Origin: a virus
Strand: one strand, 5' to 3'
IMG/VR virus record: IMGVR_UViG_3300013101_000007
Location: 15,740-79,739 of that record
DNA length: 64,000 nucleotides
Part shown: positions 19,365 through 28,791 of the stretch, one piece after another
Layout of the letters: the number at the start of each line of letters is the position of its first letter
Position numbering within the stretch: position 1 is the first letter of the stretch
Made by a program: the position numbers and the translations under genes
Notes under the pieces: generated by a model
Seen by the model: only the letters and a program-made list of their open reading frames with translations
What the model was told of the DNA's origin: nothing
Databases searched by the model: none

Positions 19365-19935
19365 CAAGTTAGTGATTCTAAGCTATGCCCATTTCCCTTC
19401 AAAACCCGGAGCGGGATTCAGGGGAGTACATGAGCATGAGGTTTCAATATCGTGGACAGATACCCTAGCAAACCAATTAGAACTTCGCGGGATAAATGTA
19501 GCCATAACTCCTGTAGGTGGATTGCGAAATAAAGTGGCTTTTATTAATGAGCGGGATGCTGAGTTATGTATCGAGATTCATTTTAATGGTTCAAGCAATC
19601 CTACAGTGTCAGGGGTTGAAACTCTGTATTGTCCTAAGTCGGTTAAAGGAAAATCATTAGCGGCTGGCCTACATGATTTATATGCTCCAGAAATGCACTG
19701 TAAAGATCGTGGCATTAAAGAGGGTTGGTATCGAATGGATAGGCCGTATATTGAGGACTACCCCGGAGACATAGATGGGGATGAAAAGGAGGATTATTTT
19801 TTGAAATATACTAATTGTCCTGCGGTTATTCTGGAACCTGAGTTTATGGCTCAAATAGATAACATTCTGAAATATGAAAAGGAAGCTTGCATTGCTTTAG
19901 CTGAAGGAGTACATTCTTATTTGGAGGTATTATGA
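19357..19935 (+). CDS. Endolysin, N-acetylmuramoyl-L-alanine amidase (Amidase_3)
   Basis: Zn ligands AH...E...EIHFN and catalytic ILEPEF; start moved to ATG 19357. Confidence 0.85.
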   Translation: MSSKLVILSYAHFPSKPGAGFRGVHEHEVSISWTDTLANQLELRGINVAITPVGGLRNKVAFINERDAELCIEIHFNGSSNPTVSGVETLYCPKSVKGKSLAAGLHDLYAPEMHCKDRGIKEGWYRMDRPYIEDYPGDIDGDEKEDYFLKYTNCPAVILEPEFMAQIDNILKYEKEACIALAEGVHSYLEVL

Positions 19936-20312
19936 CCATAAGCAAAACAACTTTGACTGTCGTTTCTGCGCTGTTCAGCTCATGGTTTTTTATGGATGCT
20001 TATTTTGCTCATGCCCAAGACCTTAGACAAGTCAAAAAAGATACACAAATAAAAGATTGGTCTATAGAGCAGAGCCTTAATTACATGCAACGTACTCATA
20101 TTAGAAATGATCTGAGAAAAGAGTTAAAAAAACCAGTAATTAAGCGGGATGAAGTACTTGTACATGACCTTAAAGAGTCTAATCGGGTACTAAAAACCAG
20201 AAGTGTTCATTTACAGAATATGCAAGATCAAGCTACATTGGATGCCTTGAAGCAGGATGATAAACCAAGTAAACTAGGCAAAATGTTTGATATTCTGATA
20301 GACGATGAATGA
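19932..20312 (+). CDS. Signal-anchored coiled-coil protein (lysis accessory?)
   Basis: N-terminal hydrophobic segment; GGAGG RBS. Confidence 0.45.
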   Translation: MTISKTTLTVVSALFSSWFFMDAYFAHAQDLRQVKKDTQIKDWSIEQSLNYMQRTHIRNDLRKELKKPVIKRDEVLVHDLKESNRVLKTRSVHLQNMQDQATLDALKQDDKPSKLGKMFDILIDDE

Positions 20313-20319
20313 TTAGTGC

Positions 20320-20348
20320 TTTACAAAACTGATGGAGTAATATAGACT
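20320..20348 (+). promoter_or_regulatory. Putative sigma70 promoter of a short non-coding transcript
   Basis: TTTACA-17bp-TAGACT. Confidence 0.45.
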
Positions 20349-20407
20349 GTAATTTACTTGGTACTGCTTTGCTAAGTTACTCCATTGGTTTGGGTGGGAA
20401 ATTAGAG

Positions 20408-20458
20408 AACCCTTAACGTGTCGCTCTCAGTTTTTACTGTTCACGTTAGGGGTTTTTT
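20408..20458 (+). terminator. Rho-independent terminator ending late/lysis operon
   Basis: AACCCTTAACGTG / CACGTTAGGGGTT stem followed by T-tract. Confidence 0.8.
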
Positions 20459-20478
20459 ATTGCCTAATGGAAATAAAT

Positions 20479-20506
20479 TTGACAATAGAATTTATTGATG
20501 TATAAT
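20479..20506 (+). promoter_or_regulatory. Consensus sigma70 promoter cassette
   Basis: TTGACA-16bp-TATAAT, then AAACGGATTAAA. Confidence 0.8.
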
Positions 20507-20561
20507 GTAGCGGTGTGATAATAAACGGATTAAACACTATTACAATTCATCAACCCAGTGG

Positions 20562-20575
20562 TGCAATCAATTGCA
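20562..20575. repeat. Dispersed palindrome, locus 6
   Basis: TGCAATCAATTGCA at HNH start. Confidence 0.9.
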
Positions 20576-21224
20576 TAAATTTGAATTAATACCGGCAGAT
20601 AAATCTTCCTATACAAGACGTAAACCTATATGGGGTGTAGGGATTAATGATGCAGACTACATGACTTCTTTACAAAAGAAGGATGGGCATACTAGATTTT
20701 GTAGATATTTTTTAGTGTGGCGAAACATGATTACCAGATGCTATTCAGCTAAATCTTTAGAACTGTACCCTAAGTATAAAGAGTGTACTGTTTGTATTGA
20801 GTGGCAAACTTTTACTACATTTAAAAAATGGATGGTTGACCAGTCGTGGCAGGGTCTTTGTTTAGATAAAGATATTATTTTACCTAATAATAAAATATAC
20901 GAGCCTGATAATTGCTGTTTTGTTTCCTATGATCTGAATAATCTTATACGTGACTATACTTACAATGGCTACCCTAGAGGTGTTACACCTACAAAGGGAA
21001 AGGTTACAAAATACGTGGTTTATTGTACCAGTCGTGGTAAGAATAAGAATTTAGGAACTTATGATTCTGTTAAGAAAGCCAATTTAGCTTTTTGTGTACA
21101 TAAATTAGATTTATTGCGTTTTTATGCCAAACAACAAACTGATGAAAGAATAAGGAGAGGCTTAATGCTTCATGCCAAATTATTAATGGAGAACACACAT
21201 GCTAGAGTTAGCTTTAAAATCTGA
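20571..21224 (+). CDS. HNH-type homing endonuclease-like protein (start uncertain)
   Basis: WRNMITRCYS...Y..CTVCIEW..F..FKKW...LDKDI...KIYEPDNCCFV family pattern. Confidence 0.75.
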   Translation: MHKFELIPADKSSYTRRKPIWGVGINDADYMTSLQKKDGHTRFCRYFLVWRNMITRCYSAKSLELYPKYKECTVCIEWQTFTTFKKWMVDQSWQGLCLDKDIILPNNKIYEPDNCCFVSYDLNNLIRDYTYNGYPRGVTPTKGKVTKYVVYCTSRGKNKNLGTYDSVKKANLAFCVHKLDLLRFYAKQQTDERIRRGLMLHAKLLMENTHARVSFKI

Positions 21225-22449
21225 ACTACCTTTAATCAAAATAATAACAGATGATACTGTAAATGTAGGTGACGTATTATCATACATTGTGGATGAGTCC
21301 GTAATGCTTATAGATGAGTCCCATATCCCAAAACTATCCAAGGAGACTTTTGAACCGGAAACCAGATACTTTTATTTACTGGATGCTAAAGAAATAAACT
21401 ACCCAGATATTTATGAAAAAATGGTTAATTGTGATCGCACTCTGATAATGGTTAATCCTTTAGATACCAGTACTCTTATGTTTGATGCTGGAGTGTTGCA
21501 TTTGCCTAATGGTATGCTAAAAGATTTTCTTGGTGGTCTGGTAACAAAAAAATCAGTAAAGCCGTTAGTGGCAACATTAAGCGGTTTATGCCTGAAAGAT
21601 GTTGGGGAGATATGCCGGTTAGCACAAACACAGTTTAAAGAGTTGACTCCACGGGCTGTAATGGAAACTAGACGTATTTATGTTGGTCGTATGCAAGGGG
21701 TGCAACAAGTATCAACTAAGTATGATTACTATAAACCACCGGCCTTTTTAAAGAAGTGGCTTTCAGTTGATGGAAAGATTTTTGTTGATTATACGGTTCA
21801 GGATTCATTGATACCACGAGGCTTGTTATTTGATGGGATACCGGGAGGCGGTAAAACGCTTGGCTCAAAATATCTGGCAGATGAATTAGGAATACCCCTT
21901 TACAGAATTGACCTTGGTGCGTTAATGGGTAAGTACGTGGGGGAGTCAGAAGAAAACCTAGCTCAAGCTTTATCTGTTATTGATAATTGCCAGCCTTGTG
22001 TGTTGTTATTTGATGAAATAGAAAAATCCATAACCTCACAAGATGATTCGGGTGTTAGCTCAAGGATGCTATCAGCGGTGTTGTGGTGGCTTCAGGAGCA
22101 TGATTCAAGGGTACTTACTATAATGACCACGAATAACGCTGCAATCCTACCTATCGAACTGTACAGGTCTGGACGGATAGATGAAGTATTTGAATTTAAG
22201 GGTATTACTAACCATGATGCCGCTACCGAGTTAATTATTGGGGTGCTGGAAAGTTTAGGATACAAAGATGACCCTAAAAATAAAACACAATTAGCTTATT
22301 GTTCAATCTGGGAAAACATAGAGGAGGTGAACAAATTTAGAACCACTGAAACAGATAATGAAGAGGTTATTTATTCACCACCCGTGAGCCATGCAGACCT
22401 CACTAGCATGGTGTATAAAGCAGTAAAACAACATATTGTTAATATTTGA
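21199..22449 (+). CDS. AAA+ ATPase (Ycf46-like)
   Basis: Walker A GIPGGGKT, KYVGESE, Walker B LLFDEIEK, SRH RSGRID. Confidence 0.85.
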   Translation: MLELALKSELPLIKIITDDTVNVGDVLSYIVDESVMLIDESHIPKLSKETFEPETRYFYLLDAKEINYPDIYEKMVNCDRTLIMVNPLDTSTLMFDAGVLHLPNGMLKDFLGGLVTKKSVKPLVATLSGLCLKDVGEICRLAQTQFKELTPRAVMETRRIYVGRMQGVQQVSTKYDYYKPPAFLKKWLSVDGKIFVDYTVQDSLIPRGLLFDGIPGGGKTLGSKYLADELGIPLYRIDLGALMGKYVGESEENLAQALSVIDNCQPCVLLFDEIEKSITSQDDSGVSSRMLSAVLWWLQEHDSRVLTIMTTNNAAILPIELYRSGRIDEVFEFKGITNHDAATELIIGVLESLGYKDDPKNKTQLAYCSIWENIEEVNKFRTTETDNEEVIYSPPVSHADLTSMVYKAVKQHIVNI

Positions 22450-22474
22450 CAATTAAATTTAGTTAAGTTAATAT
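22446..22474 (+). promoter_or_regulatory. Sigma70 promoter (degenerate -10)
   Basis: TTGACAATTAAA ... TAATAT. Confidence 0.55.
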
Positions 22475-22507
22475 GCTATTTCAAACCAAAATAAACGGAG
22501 TAATAAA

Positions 22508-23050
22508 ATGAGTGAGTTAGAGAGAATGATAGGAACCACAGGCAATGATGATTATGCGGTTGTGGTGAAAACAGAGGACTATAAAATAGGGATGAAACCT
22601 ATATTTGATTCTGCCCACAGCCAAACCTTTGTTGGTATGCGAATCAGACTTGTAGCTACTAAAGATAATGAGGATGTTGTGGACTTCGACCCTGAAGCTA
22701 AGTTGAAAAGTTTTTTTCCAAGTATACCGTGGCAACAAACTGGAGCAGACCGTTTATCATTAGTTGGCGGGTGTGTGGTCAATATACCTCAAAATAGCCC
22801 TGTTGCATTACACGGATGGCTTAGACAGGAAAAAATAATTGATAATTTGCTGGATAAACTTAAATCATTATTTGATCTGAAACTGGAAAACAAAAAGGAA
22901 TTAAAAAAATTCTACATGGATGTTTTTTGTACCGCTTATAAGAAGCCCATTAAACAACCTAAAATAACTAATGGTAGTGCGGTGGTTAATTTGGGTGACT
23001 ATAAGGATAAATTACAATCTGGGGACATTGAATATATAGAGGAAGAGTAA
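22508..23050 (+). CDS. Hypothetical protein
   Basis: GGAG RBS, own promoter. Confidence 0.6.
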   Translation: MSELERMIGTTGNDDYAVVVKTEDYKIGMKPIFDSAHSQTFVGMRIRLVATKDNEDVVDFDPEAKLKSFFPSIPWQQTGADRLSLVGGCVVNIPQNSPVALHGWLRQEKIIDNLLDKLKSLFDLKLENKKELKKFYMDVFCTAYKKPIKQPKITNGSAVVNLGDYKDKLQSGDIEYIEEE

Positions 23051-24093
23051 TGGTGGCTCTTTCACCAAACCAGAAACTTATGATACTGAGTGGAAAGGAT
23101 GCCCTCATAGCCAGAATAGAACATGTTAAGTTAACTGGTGATATTCATGCCGCTGTGGTTTTGGGGCGGTTGATATTTAGTTACTCCTATTTTTTAGAAA
23201 AACATGGTAAAGATTCCTTTTACAAAACTAATGAGGAATTAAAAAATGAGTGTATGGCTAGTTCTTCTCAATTAAGACGGATAAAAACCATACTCAATAC
23301 CCTACCTTTTTTGACAATAAAAAAGAAGGGGATACCGGCTAAGAATTGGTACACTTTTAATGCAGATGCTTACTATAAGTCTTTAGAGAAATTGGTTGAT
23401 GACCACTCTACAAGTGGTGCGGAAACAGACACCTCCAGTAGTGTCGAAAACAACACCACTGGTAGTGACGAAAACAACACCACTATTACAGAGAATACTA
23501 AAGAGAATACATCAGAGAATACTAAAGAGAAGGTTTCCTCTACGAGCAAACAACCCAAGAACCCCGAAATTAAAAAAGTAACCTTCGGGAAAGGTAAAAA
23601 AGGAGATAACATAGGTAAAAGCAAATTAAGCATTATGAAAGGAAAAGGTAATTATTCCGTAATGCAAAGCTACACTGAATTTGCAGAGGTAGCTAATGAA
23701 TATACCACTGAGGAATTAATAGAGGAATTCGAGACTCTTGAATATACCAATGCTAGGGTTTCGGATTTCTGGCGTAAATGTATGAGGATTAATTACCATG
23801 AGGAGTTAAAACTGATACCTTCCCTTAGTGGGGTTAATAAAAAGAGATTATGGAGGGTTATGGCTACCATAGAGGCCGACCACTACAAGACCCTTGGTAT
23901 CCTTATCAAAGATTGGGTTTCATTCACTGAGCATTGCGAGGTTAAGTTTTCTGCTTTTAAATCGCCTCACACTCCAATGCTTGCGTATCTGGATAAATAC
24001 ATTGATGCCATACCCAGTTTTTCAGGGGATACGATACCTACAGCTTCAAAAGGCCATACGGGTAAAACTTCATCATGGGAGGATGATGATTGA
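23050..24093 (+). CDS. Replication initiator-like protein (lambda O/DnaD-type winged helix)
   Basis: N-terminal wHTH pattern FYKTNEEL..E...S..QLRRIK..L....KKGIPAKNWY; internal DNA repeats; upstream of DnaC-like and DnaB. Confidence 0.7.
   Translation: MVALSPNQKLMILSGKDALIARIEHVKLTGDIHAAVVLGRLIFSYSYFLEKHGKDSFYKTNEELKNECMASSSQLRRIKTILNTLPFLTIKKKGIPAKNWYTFNADAYYKSLEKLVDDHSTSGAETDTSSSVENNTTGSDENNTTITENTKENTSENTKEKVSSTSKQPKNPEIKKVTFGKGKKGDNIGKSKLSIMKGKGNYSVMQSYTEFAEVANEYTTEELIEEFETLEYTNARVSDFWRKCMRINYHEELKLIPSLSGVNKKRLWRVMATIEADHYKTLGILIKDWVSFTEHCEVKFSAFKSPHTPMLAYLDKYIDAIPSFSGDTIPTASKGHTGKTSSWEDDD
23413..23531 (+). repeat. Iteron-like repeats (putative origin) inside initiator gene
   Basis: Three 24-bp units (consensus AGTAGTGxCGAAAACAACACCACT) then four 12-bp-period AGAGAA(TAC) units. 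Confidence 0.6.
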
Positions 24094-24104
24094 AATTGAT
24101 TGCA
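24091..24104. repeat. Dispersed palindrome, locus 7 (1 mismatch)
   Basis: TGAAATTGATTGCA overlapping stop codon. Confidence 0.8.
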
Positions 24105-24160
24105 ATAAAAAGCAGGTAGTAATACCATTCATAAAAAAACACAGGAGATAGGGGGTTACT

Positions 24161-24730
24161 ATGACCACTATAGTAGAACAGGCATTTGAAACTAACGTGC
24201 TACATAAAGATGTACACATGAGCTTAGTGAAAAATTTAGATAAGATTTCACTGGCTACAGGTGTGCCTAAAAAATTCATTTGGACAGAGGATACAGATAA
24301 TGTATGCACTAAACATGAGTGGAAATTTATTGTTAAGTGTCGGAAGTACAGGTCTGATGGTTATGCCGGCCTAATTATAACAAACAATAGTACACAGATT
24401 CATTCAGCTGAAGAAAAAATGATGATGATGGCGGGTAAGTTAATTCGTAATTTTATAGATGCGAGGCTTGTTATTGTCCAAGATTTATTGGATGAAATGA
24501 AAGAAGGGTATAAAGACGATTCAGACGTTCTTTTAATTCCAAACTTTTTTATTCCAAAAAAAGGTATTGCTTTACCAGATTGGCAGGTCAATACTTTACA
24601 AGGGTTATTGATAAAAAGACTATGTGCAGGGGATTTAACTATTCTTTATGTGCAGAGTATGGATGATTTAAAAAAGAGCTATGGAGCGGCAATGTATAAT
24701 CACTTAAATCAACATTATAAGATTTTATAA
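24161..24730 (+). CDS. DnaC/IstB-like helicase loader, degenerate Walker motifs
   Basis: Between initiator and DnaB; DLLDEMK..DVLLIPN..R....TI..S...L...YG pattern. Confidence 0.5.
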   Translation: MTTIVEQAFETNVLHKDVHMSLVKNLDKISLATGVPKKFIWTEDTDNVCTKHEWKFIVKCRKYRSDGYAGLIITNNSTQIHSAEEKMMMMAGKLIRNFIDARLVIVQDLLDEMKEGYKDDSDVLLIPNFFIPKKGIALPDWQVNTLQGLLIKRLCAGDLTILYVQSMDDLKKSYGAAMYNHLNQHYKIL

Positions 24731-24733
24731 AAA

Positions 24734-24769
24734 ACCTTAGTCGGTGCTGAGACTGACTAGGGTATTTTT
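24734..24769 (+). terminator. Stem-loop / probable terminator
   Basis: ACCTTAGTCGGT / ACTGACTAGGGT stem plus ATTTTT. Confidence 0.55.
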
Positions 24770-24793
24770 GTCTCAAAAATTCAGGAGTATACA

Positions 24794-26131
24794 ATGCAAA
24801 GTGTTGGTACAAAACTACTATCTAGCTTGATAGCAGAAGATAGCTTAACCTACTATATAAAAATGGGTTTAACAGTAGAAATGTTTTTAGGTATTGAGGA
24901 TGACCTGTTTACCTTTGTGGATGACCATGTTCATAATTATGGTGTCTTTCCAAAAGCAGAAACGATAGAAGAACAAATTGATATTGAGTTGCCAGAAACA
25001 ACCGAGCCCGTCAATTATTATTTAGATCATTTTGAAAACCGATACTACCAGCAACGTTTAAAAAAGATGATGCTGGAGGCTCAAAAAACATTAAAAGAAA
25101 AGAAACCTAAAGAAGCCTTAGAGATAATGCAGAATGAGATTGTGACTCTTACTTTAAATAAGAACCGCAAAAAGATGGTGAACTACACCAAAGACGCTCA
25201 TAAGTTGATTGAAGATAATTATAAACAGCAATGGTTGGGTGAGGATGGGATACATGTAGGATGGCCTTATCTGGATATTTTAACCGGTGGTTTATACGGT
25301 GGGGATATAATGGTTATTGTTGGGAGGCCAGGAACGGGCAAGACCTACAACCTATTACACATGGCAATGACCCCTTGGATGCAAGGAAAAGTTCCTTTAA
25401 TTGTTTCAATGGAAATGAATCCACTAGCATTAACACAACGAATTGCAGCCATGCAAGCCCACGTACCAGCCCACTATATTAAAACCGGAGACATTCCACC
25501 AAAATTTAAAGATAAAGTATTTAACGTATTAACTGAAAATAAAGAGGATAAAAATAAACCTCCATTCTGGATTGTGGATGGTAATTTGACAGCTTCGGTA
25601 AATGATATTGCTTTAATATGCCACCAGCTAAAACCTGATTGTGTTTATGTAGATGGCGCGTACATGTTGAGAGCTGAAAATGCTTATGCCAAACATGAAC
25701 AGATTGCAGAATCAATACAAGGCTTAAAAGAAAAAATAGCTAGTAACATGGATATTCCAGTTATTGCCAGTTATCAATTTAACCGCGACCAAGTTAAGGC
25801 GGCTAAGAAAGGCAAGACAGGCGTAGAGCATATTGGTGGTTCAGATGCCATAGGGCAAATAGCTTCAGTTGTTTTGGGTGTCTCAGGTGACGATGACCCC
25901 TCATTACCTTCAAACCATGAAGCAGTAAAAATAATTGAATTGCTGAAAGGCAGAAATGGAGAGACCGGTACTTTTAAAATCAATTGGAAGTTTGATGTGT
26001 GGCCTTATATGGACTTCACAGAATTAAATACTAAACAGTACCCAGAAAAAGATGATAAGGCCGGCTACGAGGAAATGGATTTTGATAACTTACCAGCCAT
26101 GCAAGAAAACACAGAGGATTTAAAATATTAG
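24794..26131 (+). CDS. dnaB: Replicative DnaB-family helicase
   Basis: GRPGTGKT, SMEM, YVDGAY, QFNR, IGGSDAIGQ, KGRNGE. Confidence 0.92.
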   Translation: MQSVGTKLLSSLIAEDSLTYYIKMGLTVEMFLGIEDDLFTFVDDHVHNYGVFPKAETIEEQIDIELPETTEPVNYYLDHFENRYYQQRLKKMMLEAQKTLKEKKPKEALEIMQNEIVTLTLNKNRKKMVNYTKDAHKLIEDNYKQQWLGEDGIHVGWPYLDILTGGLYGGDIMVIVGRPGTGKTYNLLHMAMTPWMQGKVPLIVSMEMNPLALTQRIAAMQAHVPAHYIKTGDIPPKFKDKVFNVLTENKEDKNKPPFWIVDGNLTASVNDIALICHQLKPDCVYVDGAYMLRAENAYAKHEQIAESIQGLKEKIASNMDIPVIASYQFNRDQVKAAKKGKTGVEHIGGSDAIGQIASVVLGVSGDDDPSLPSNHEAVKIIELLKGRNGETGTFKINWKFDVWPYMDFTELNTKQYPEKDDKAGYEEMDFDNLPAMQENTEDLKY

Positions 26132-26145
26132 TGCAACCAATTGCA
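26132..26145. repeat. Dispersed palindrome, locus 8
   Basis: TGCAACCAATTGCA upstream of promoter. Confidence 0.85.
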
Positions 26146-26158
26146 ATGCTAAATAAAT

Positions 26159-26186
26159 TTGACAATAGAAATTATACGTGTATAAT
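26159..26186 (+). promoter_or_regulatory. Consensus sigma70 promoter cassette
   Basis: TTGACA atagaaattatacgtg TATAAT. Confidence 0.85.
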
Positions 26187-26230
26187 GAAGCTCAACATTA
26201 ACCTAAACCAAACCATAGAGGATTAAAAAA

Positions 26231-26707
26231 ATGCCAGTAACCATAACAAAGAAAAAAATCGCTCCAAAAGGTAAATCTAAACTAAGTAAAAAAGCAACAA
26301 ACTCAAAAAAGATTGAAGCTATGAAAGACTTGGTTGATGTAATGGGTGTCACTCAGAAAGCAATGGAAAAACACCAAAAAGCAATGATGCCATTATCTGA
26401 AACTTATTCCAATGCTAAAGCAGAATTACTAACCATGGCTGATGAGGAATATGATGCCGCTCAAAAAGCACTAATATCCACAGATGATTATTTAGCCGAT
26501 ATTGGTATGAAGGGAAACAGAACCTCAATTACTGATAAGGCGAAAATTATTGATTTGCTGGATGGTATAGACGAGGACTTAGTAATCAAGTTAATCTCAT
26601 TTAAACTAACTGAATTAAAACAGTACTTGACCCCTACCGAAATAAAAGCAGTAACCGAGATAGAACGCTTAAATGCCAGAACGGTAAAAGTAAATCCTTT
26701 AACCTGA
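26231..26707 (+). CDS. Hypothetical protein (MPVTI-tagged)
   Basis: First gene after promoter cassette; Lys-rich N-terminus. Confidence 0.65.
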   Translation: MPVTITKKKIAPKGKSKLSKKATNSKKIEAMKDLVDVMGVTQKAMEKHQKAMMPLSETYSNAKAELLTMADEEYDAAQKALISTDDYLADIGMKGNRTSITDKAKIIDLLDGIDEDLVIKLISFKLTELKQYLTPTEIKAVTEIERLNARTVKVNPLT

Positions 26708-27687
26708 TGGATGAACAAAGAATTATCACCTTTCTAAAGGCGGTAGGTTCAGAACCATGTGAAATGCAGAATAGGGATGAATGGGTATTAGCACCTTGTC
26801 CATTTGCCCCTTGGTTTCACGAAGGGGGTGTAGACAATCATCCTTCATTTGGAGTTGAGAAGAAACCTAATGAGGAATCCAGATTTTATTGCTTCAGTTG
26901 TAATGCCAATGGCGATTTGATGGATATGATAATCAACCTGAAGCATGAAGGTGCTGTCATGGATGATGGTTATAACTTTCCTTTGGCTTTAACATTGATT
27001 GCAGAAGAGCAAGAAGAGGCAGAATTAGATATACCTGATTATGGTGAGGGTGTGGTAAAGCCTAAAGTAATAACCCAGATATTTGCCGAACAATTTTTGG
27101 AGTCCTTTAAGAAAGCTAAGTTCTTCAAGGATGGATTGCAGTATTTAAAAAGCAGAGGCTTAAACCCGTTAGAGATACATGAGTTGGATTTTAGATTTGA
27201 TTCAAAACATAAGCGTGTGTGTATCCCTGTAAGAGATTTTAATGGTAAGTTGATGGGATTGCATGGTAGAAGTATTATAAAAGGCACTACACCCCCTTAC
27301 AATGCCTATAAGTATAACAATCATTGGAATAAGTTGCCGTGGCTTGGAGAAGAATGGATAGATTTTGAAATACCTGTTGTTTTATGTGAGTCGGTATTTG
27401 ATTTTATTCAGATACGAAAAGTATACAGAAATGTAATGTGCAGTTTATCTTGTGGCATGGGCAAGGCTAAAGTAGATCGGATTAGGGGGGCTTTAGATGT
27501 TGTTAGTTTATATGACTACGGGAAGGGGGGTGATATGGCAAGAAAGTCTTTGCATAAGTATTTAAAAAGTTCAACCATTGTCCACTTAATACCAACAAAA
27601 GAGCAAGACGACCCCGGAGCAATGACTGAAGTAGAAATATATAATTTATTAAAAGGGTATGTTGATTTCAATTTGGAGGGTATATGA
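26707..27687 (+). CDS. DNA primase (Zn finger + TOPRIM)
   Basis: CPF..H...CFSC Zn finger; YLKSRG; LCESVFD TOPRIM; DPG. Confidence 0.9.
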   Translation: MDEQRIITFLKAVGSEPCEMQNRDEWVLAPCPFAPWFHEGGVDNHPSFGVEKKPNEESRFYCFSCNANGDLMDMIINLKHEGAVMDDGYNFPLALTLIAEEQEEAELDIPDYGEGVVKPKVITQIFAEQFLESFKKAKFFKDGLQYLKSRGLNPLEIHELDFRFDSKHKRVCIPVRDFNGKLMGLHGRSIIKGTTPPYNAYKYNNHWNKLPWLGEEWIDFEIPVVLCESVFDFIQIRKVYRNVMCSLSCGMGKAKVDRIRGALDVVSLYDYGKGGDMARKSLHKYLKSSTIVHLIPTKEQDDPGAMTEVEIYNLLKGYVDFNLEGI

Positions 27688-27911
27688 CTACTATTTCAAG
27701 CGAACTTAATATAACTAAAGGAGTAAGATTAAACCGGCTAATTTGGTTTATTTCACAAATTGAGCCAGAACAATTAATAACTTTAACTTTAGATGGAGGA
27801 ACTGCAACAGACCTTGCAGGACATTTAATTGTCAACCTTTGTACTGAGCATGATATTTTTTCACCAAAATTGTACACCGGAATAAAGATACAACAACATA
27901 AAGTTAATTAA
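27684..27911 (+). CDS. Hypothetical protein
   Basis: ATGA overlap, GGAGG RBS. Confidence 0.55.
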   Translation: MTTISSELNITKGVRLNRLIWFISQIEPEQLITLTLDGGTATDLAGHLIVNLCTEHDIFSPKLYTGIKIQQHKVN

Positions 27912-27913
27912 TT

Positions 27914-27941
27914 TTGACAATTAAAAACATACCCGTATAAT
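27914..27941 (+). promoter_or_regulatory. Sigma70 promoter for SSB
   Basis: TTGACA-16bp-TATAAT. Confidence 0.8.
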
Positions 27942-28011
27942 AGTAGGCGTTCACATTAGTTTGAACTTATGATAATCAGATACCGAAAGGTACAATATTA
28001 GGAGAAATAAC

Positions 28012-28695
28012 ATGGGGTTTTTAAAGAAAGGTAAGGCTAGTCAAAAGCAAGTAGCTGCGGCTGAGAAAAAGGCAGAAGAACAAGCAGAAGGTTATATTCG
28101 TAGATTTTGGCTTCCAAACGATGCAGAAACTACAATTACTTTTTTGGATGGTAAGTTGTTGCCAGATGGCTTACTTGATAATACAACATTTCTTGAACAT
28201 CAATTAAATTTAAACGGCTCATGGCAGAATTGGTACGCTTGTACCAGTGAAGATGAACCTTGTCCAATATGCGAAGGTGGAGATACCCCTTCATTAGTTG
28301 GCGTGTTTACAATCATAGATCATTCTGAGTGGACTTCTAAAAAAGATGGTTCAAAACACAAAGATGAAAAACGACTCTTTGTAGCAAAAAGACATACCTT
28401 AAAACAATTGCAGAAGATTGCCACTAAGCGTAAAGGCTTAACTGGAATTACCTTTGATGTTTCTCGTATTGGGGAAAAGGCCGCTAGTGTTGGGGATATG
28501 TTCGACTTTGTACAGAAAAAACCACTATCCTTTTTTCAGAAGAAATATAAAGATGCTGAAGCCTATGATTACGAGGAAATTTTGACGTATAAAGATGCTC
28601 AAGAACTTCGTGAAGAAGGTTTTGGTTCACTGTCAGTAGGTAATGAGCCAGAGGTTGATGAAGATGAAGAAGGTGAATATGAGGATGACGTATAG
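28012..28695 (+). CDS. Single-stranded DNA-binding protein (gp32-like)
   Basis: H...C..CPIC Zn site, OB-like core, very acidic C-terminal tail. Confidence 0.75.
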   Translation: MGFLKKGKASQKQVAAAEKKAEEQAEGYIRRFWLPNDAETTITFLDGKLLPDGLLDNTTFLEHQLNLNGSWQNWYACTSEDEPCPICEGGDTPSLVGVFTIIDHSEWTSKKDGSKHKDEKRLFVAKRHTLKQLQKIATKRKGLTGITFDVSRIGEKAASVGDMFDFVQKKPLSFFQKKYKDAEAYDYEEILTYKDAQELREEGFGSLSVGNEPEVDEDEEGEYEDDV

Positions 28696-28791
28696 CCTTT
28701 AAGGGTTTTGGTAGCGTCCGTTGGGCATTTGCTCATCACACTAATTGCGGGTGTTCATTGGTTGCTACCATTTTTATGGAGAATAAAATAA

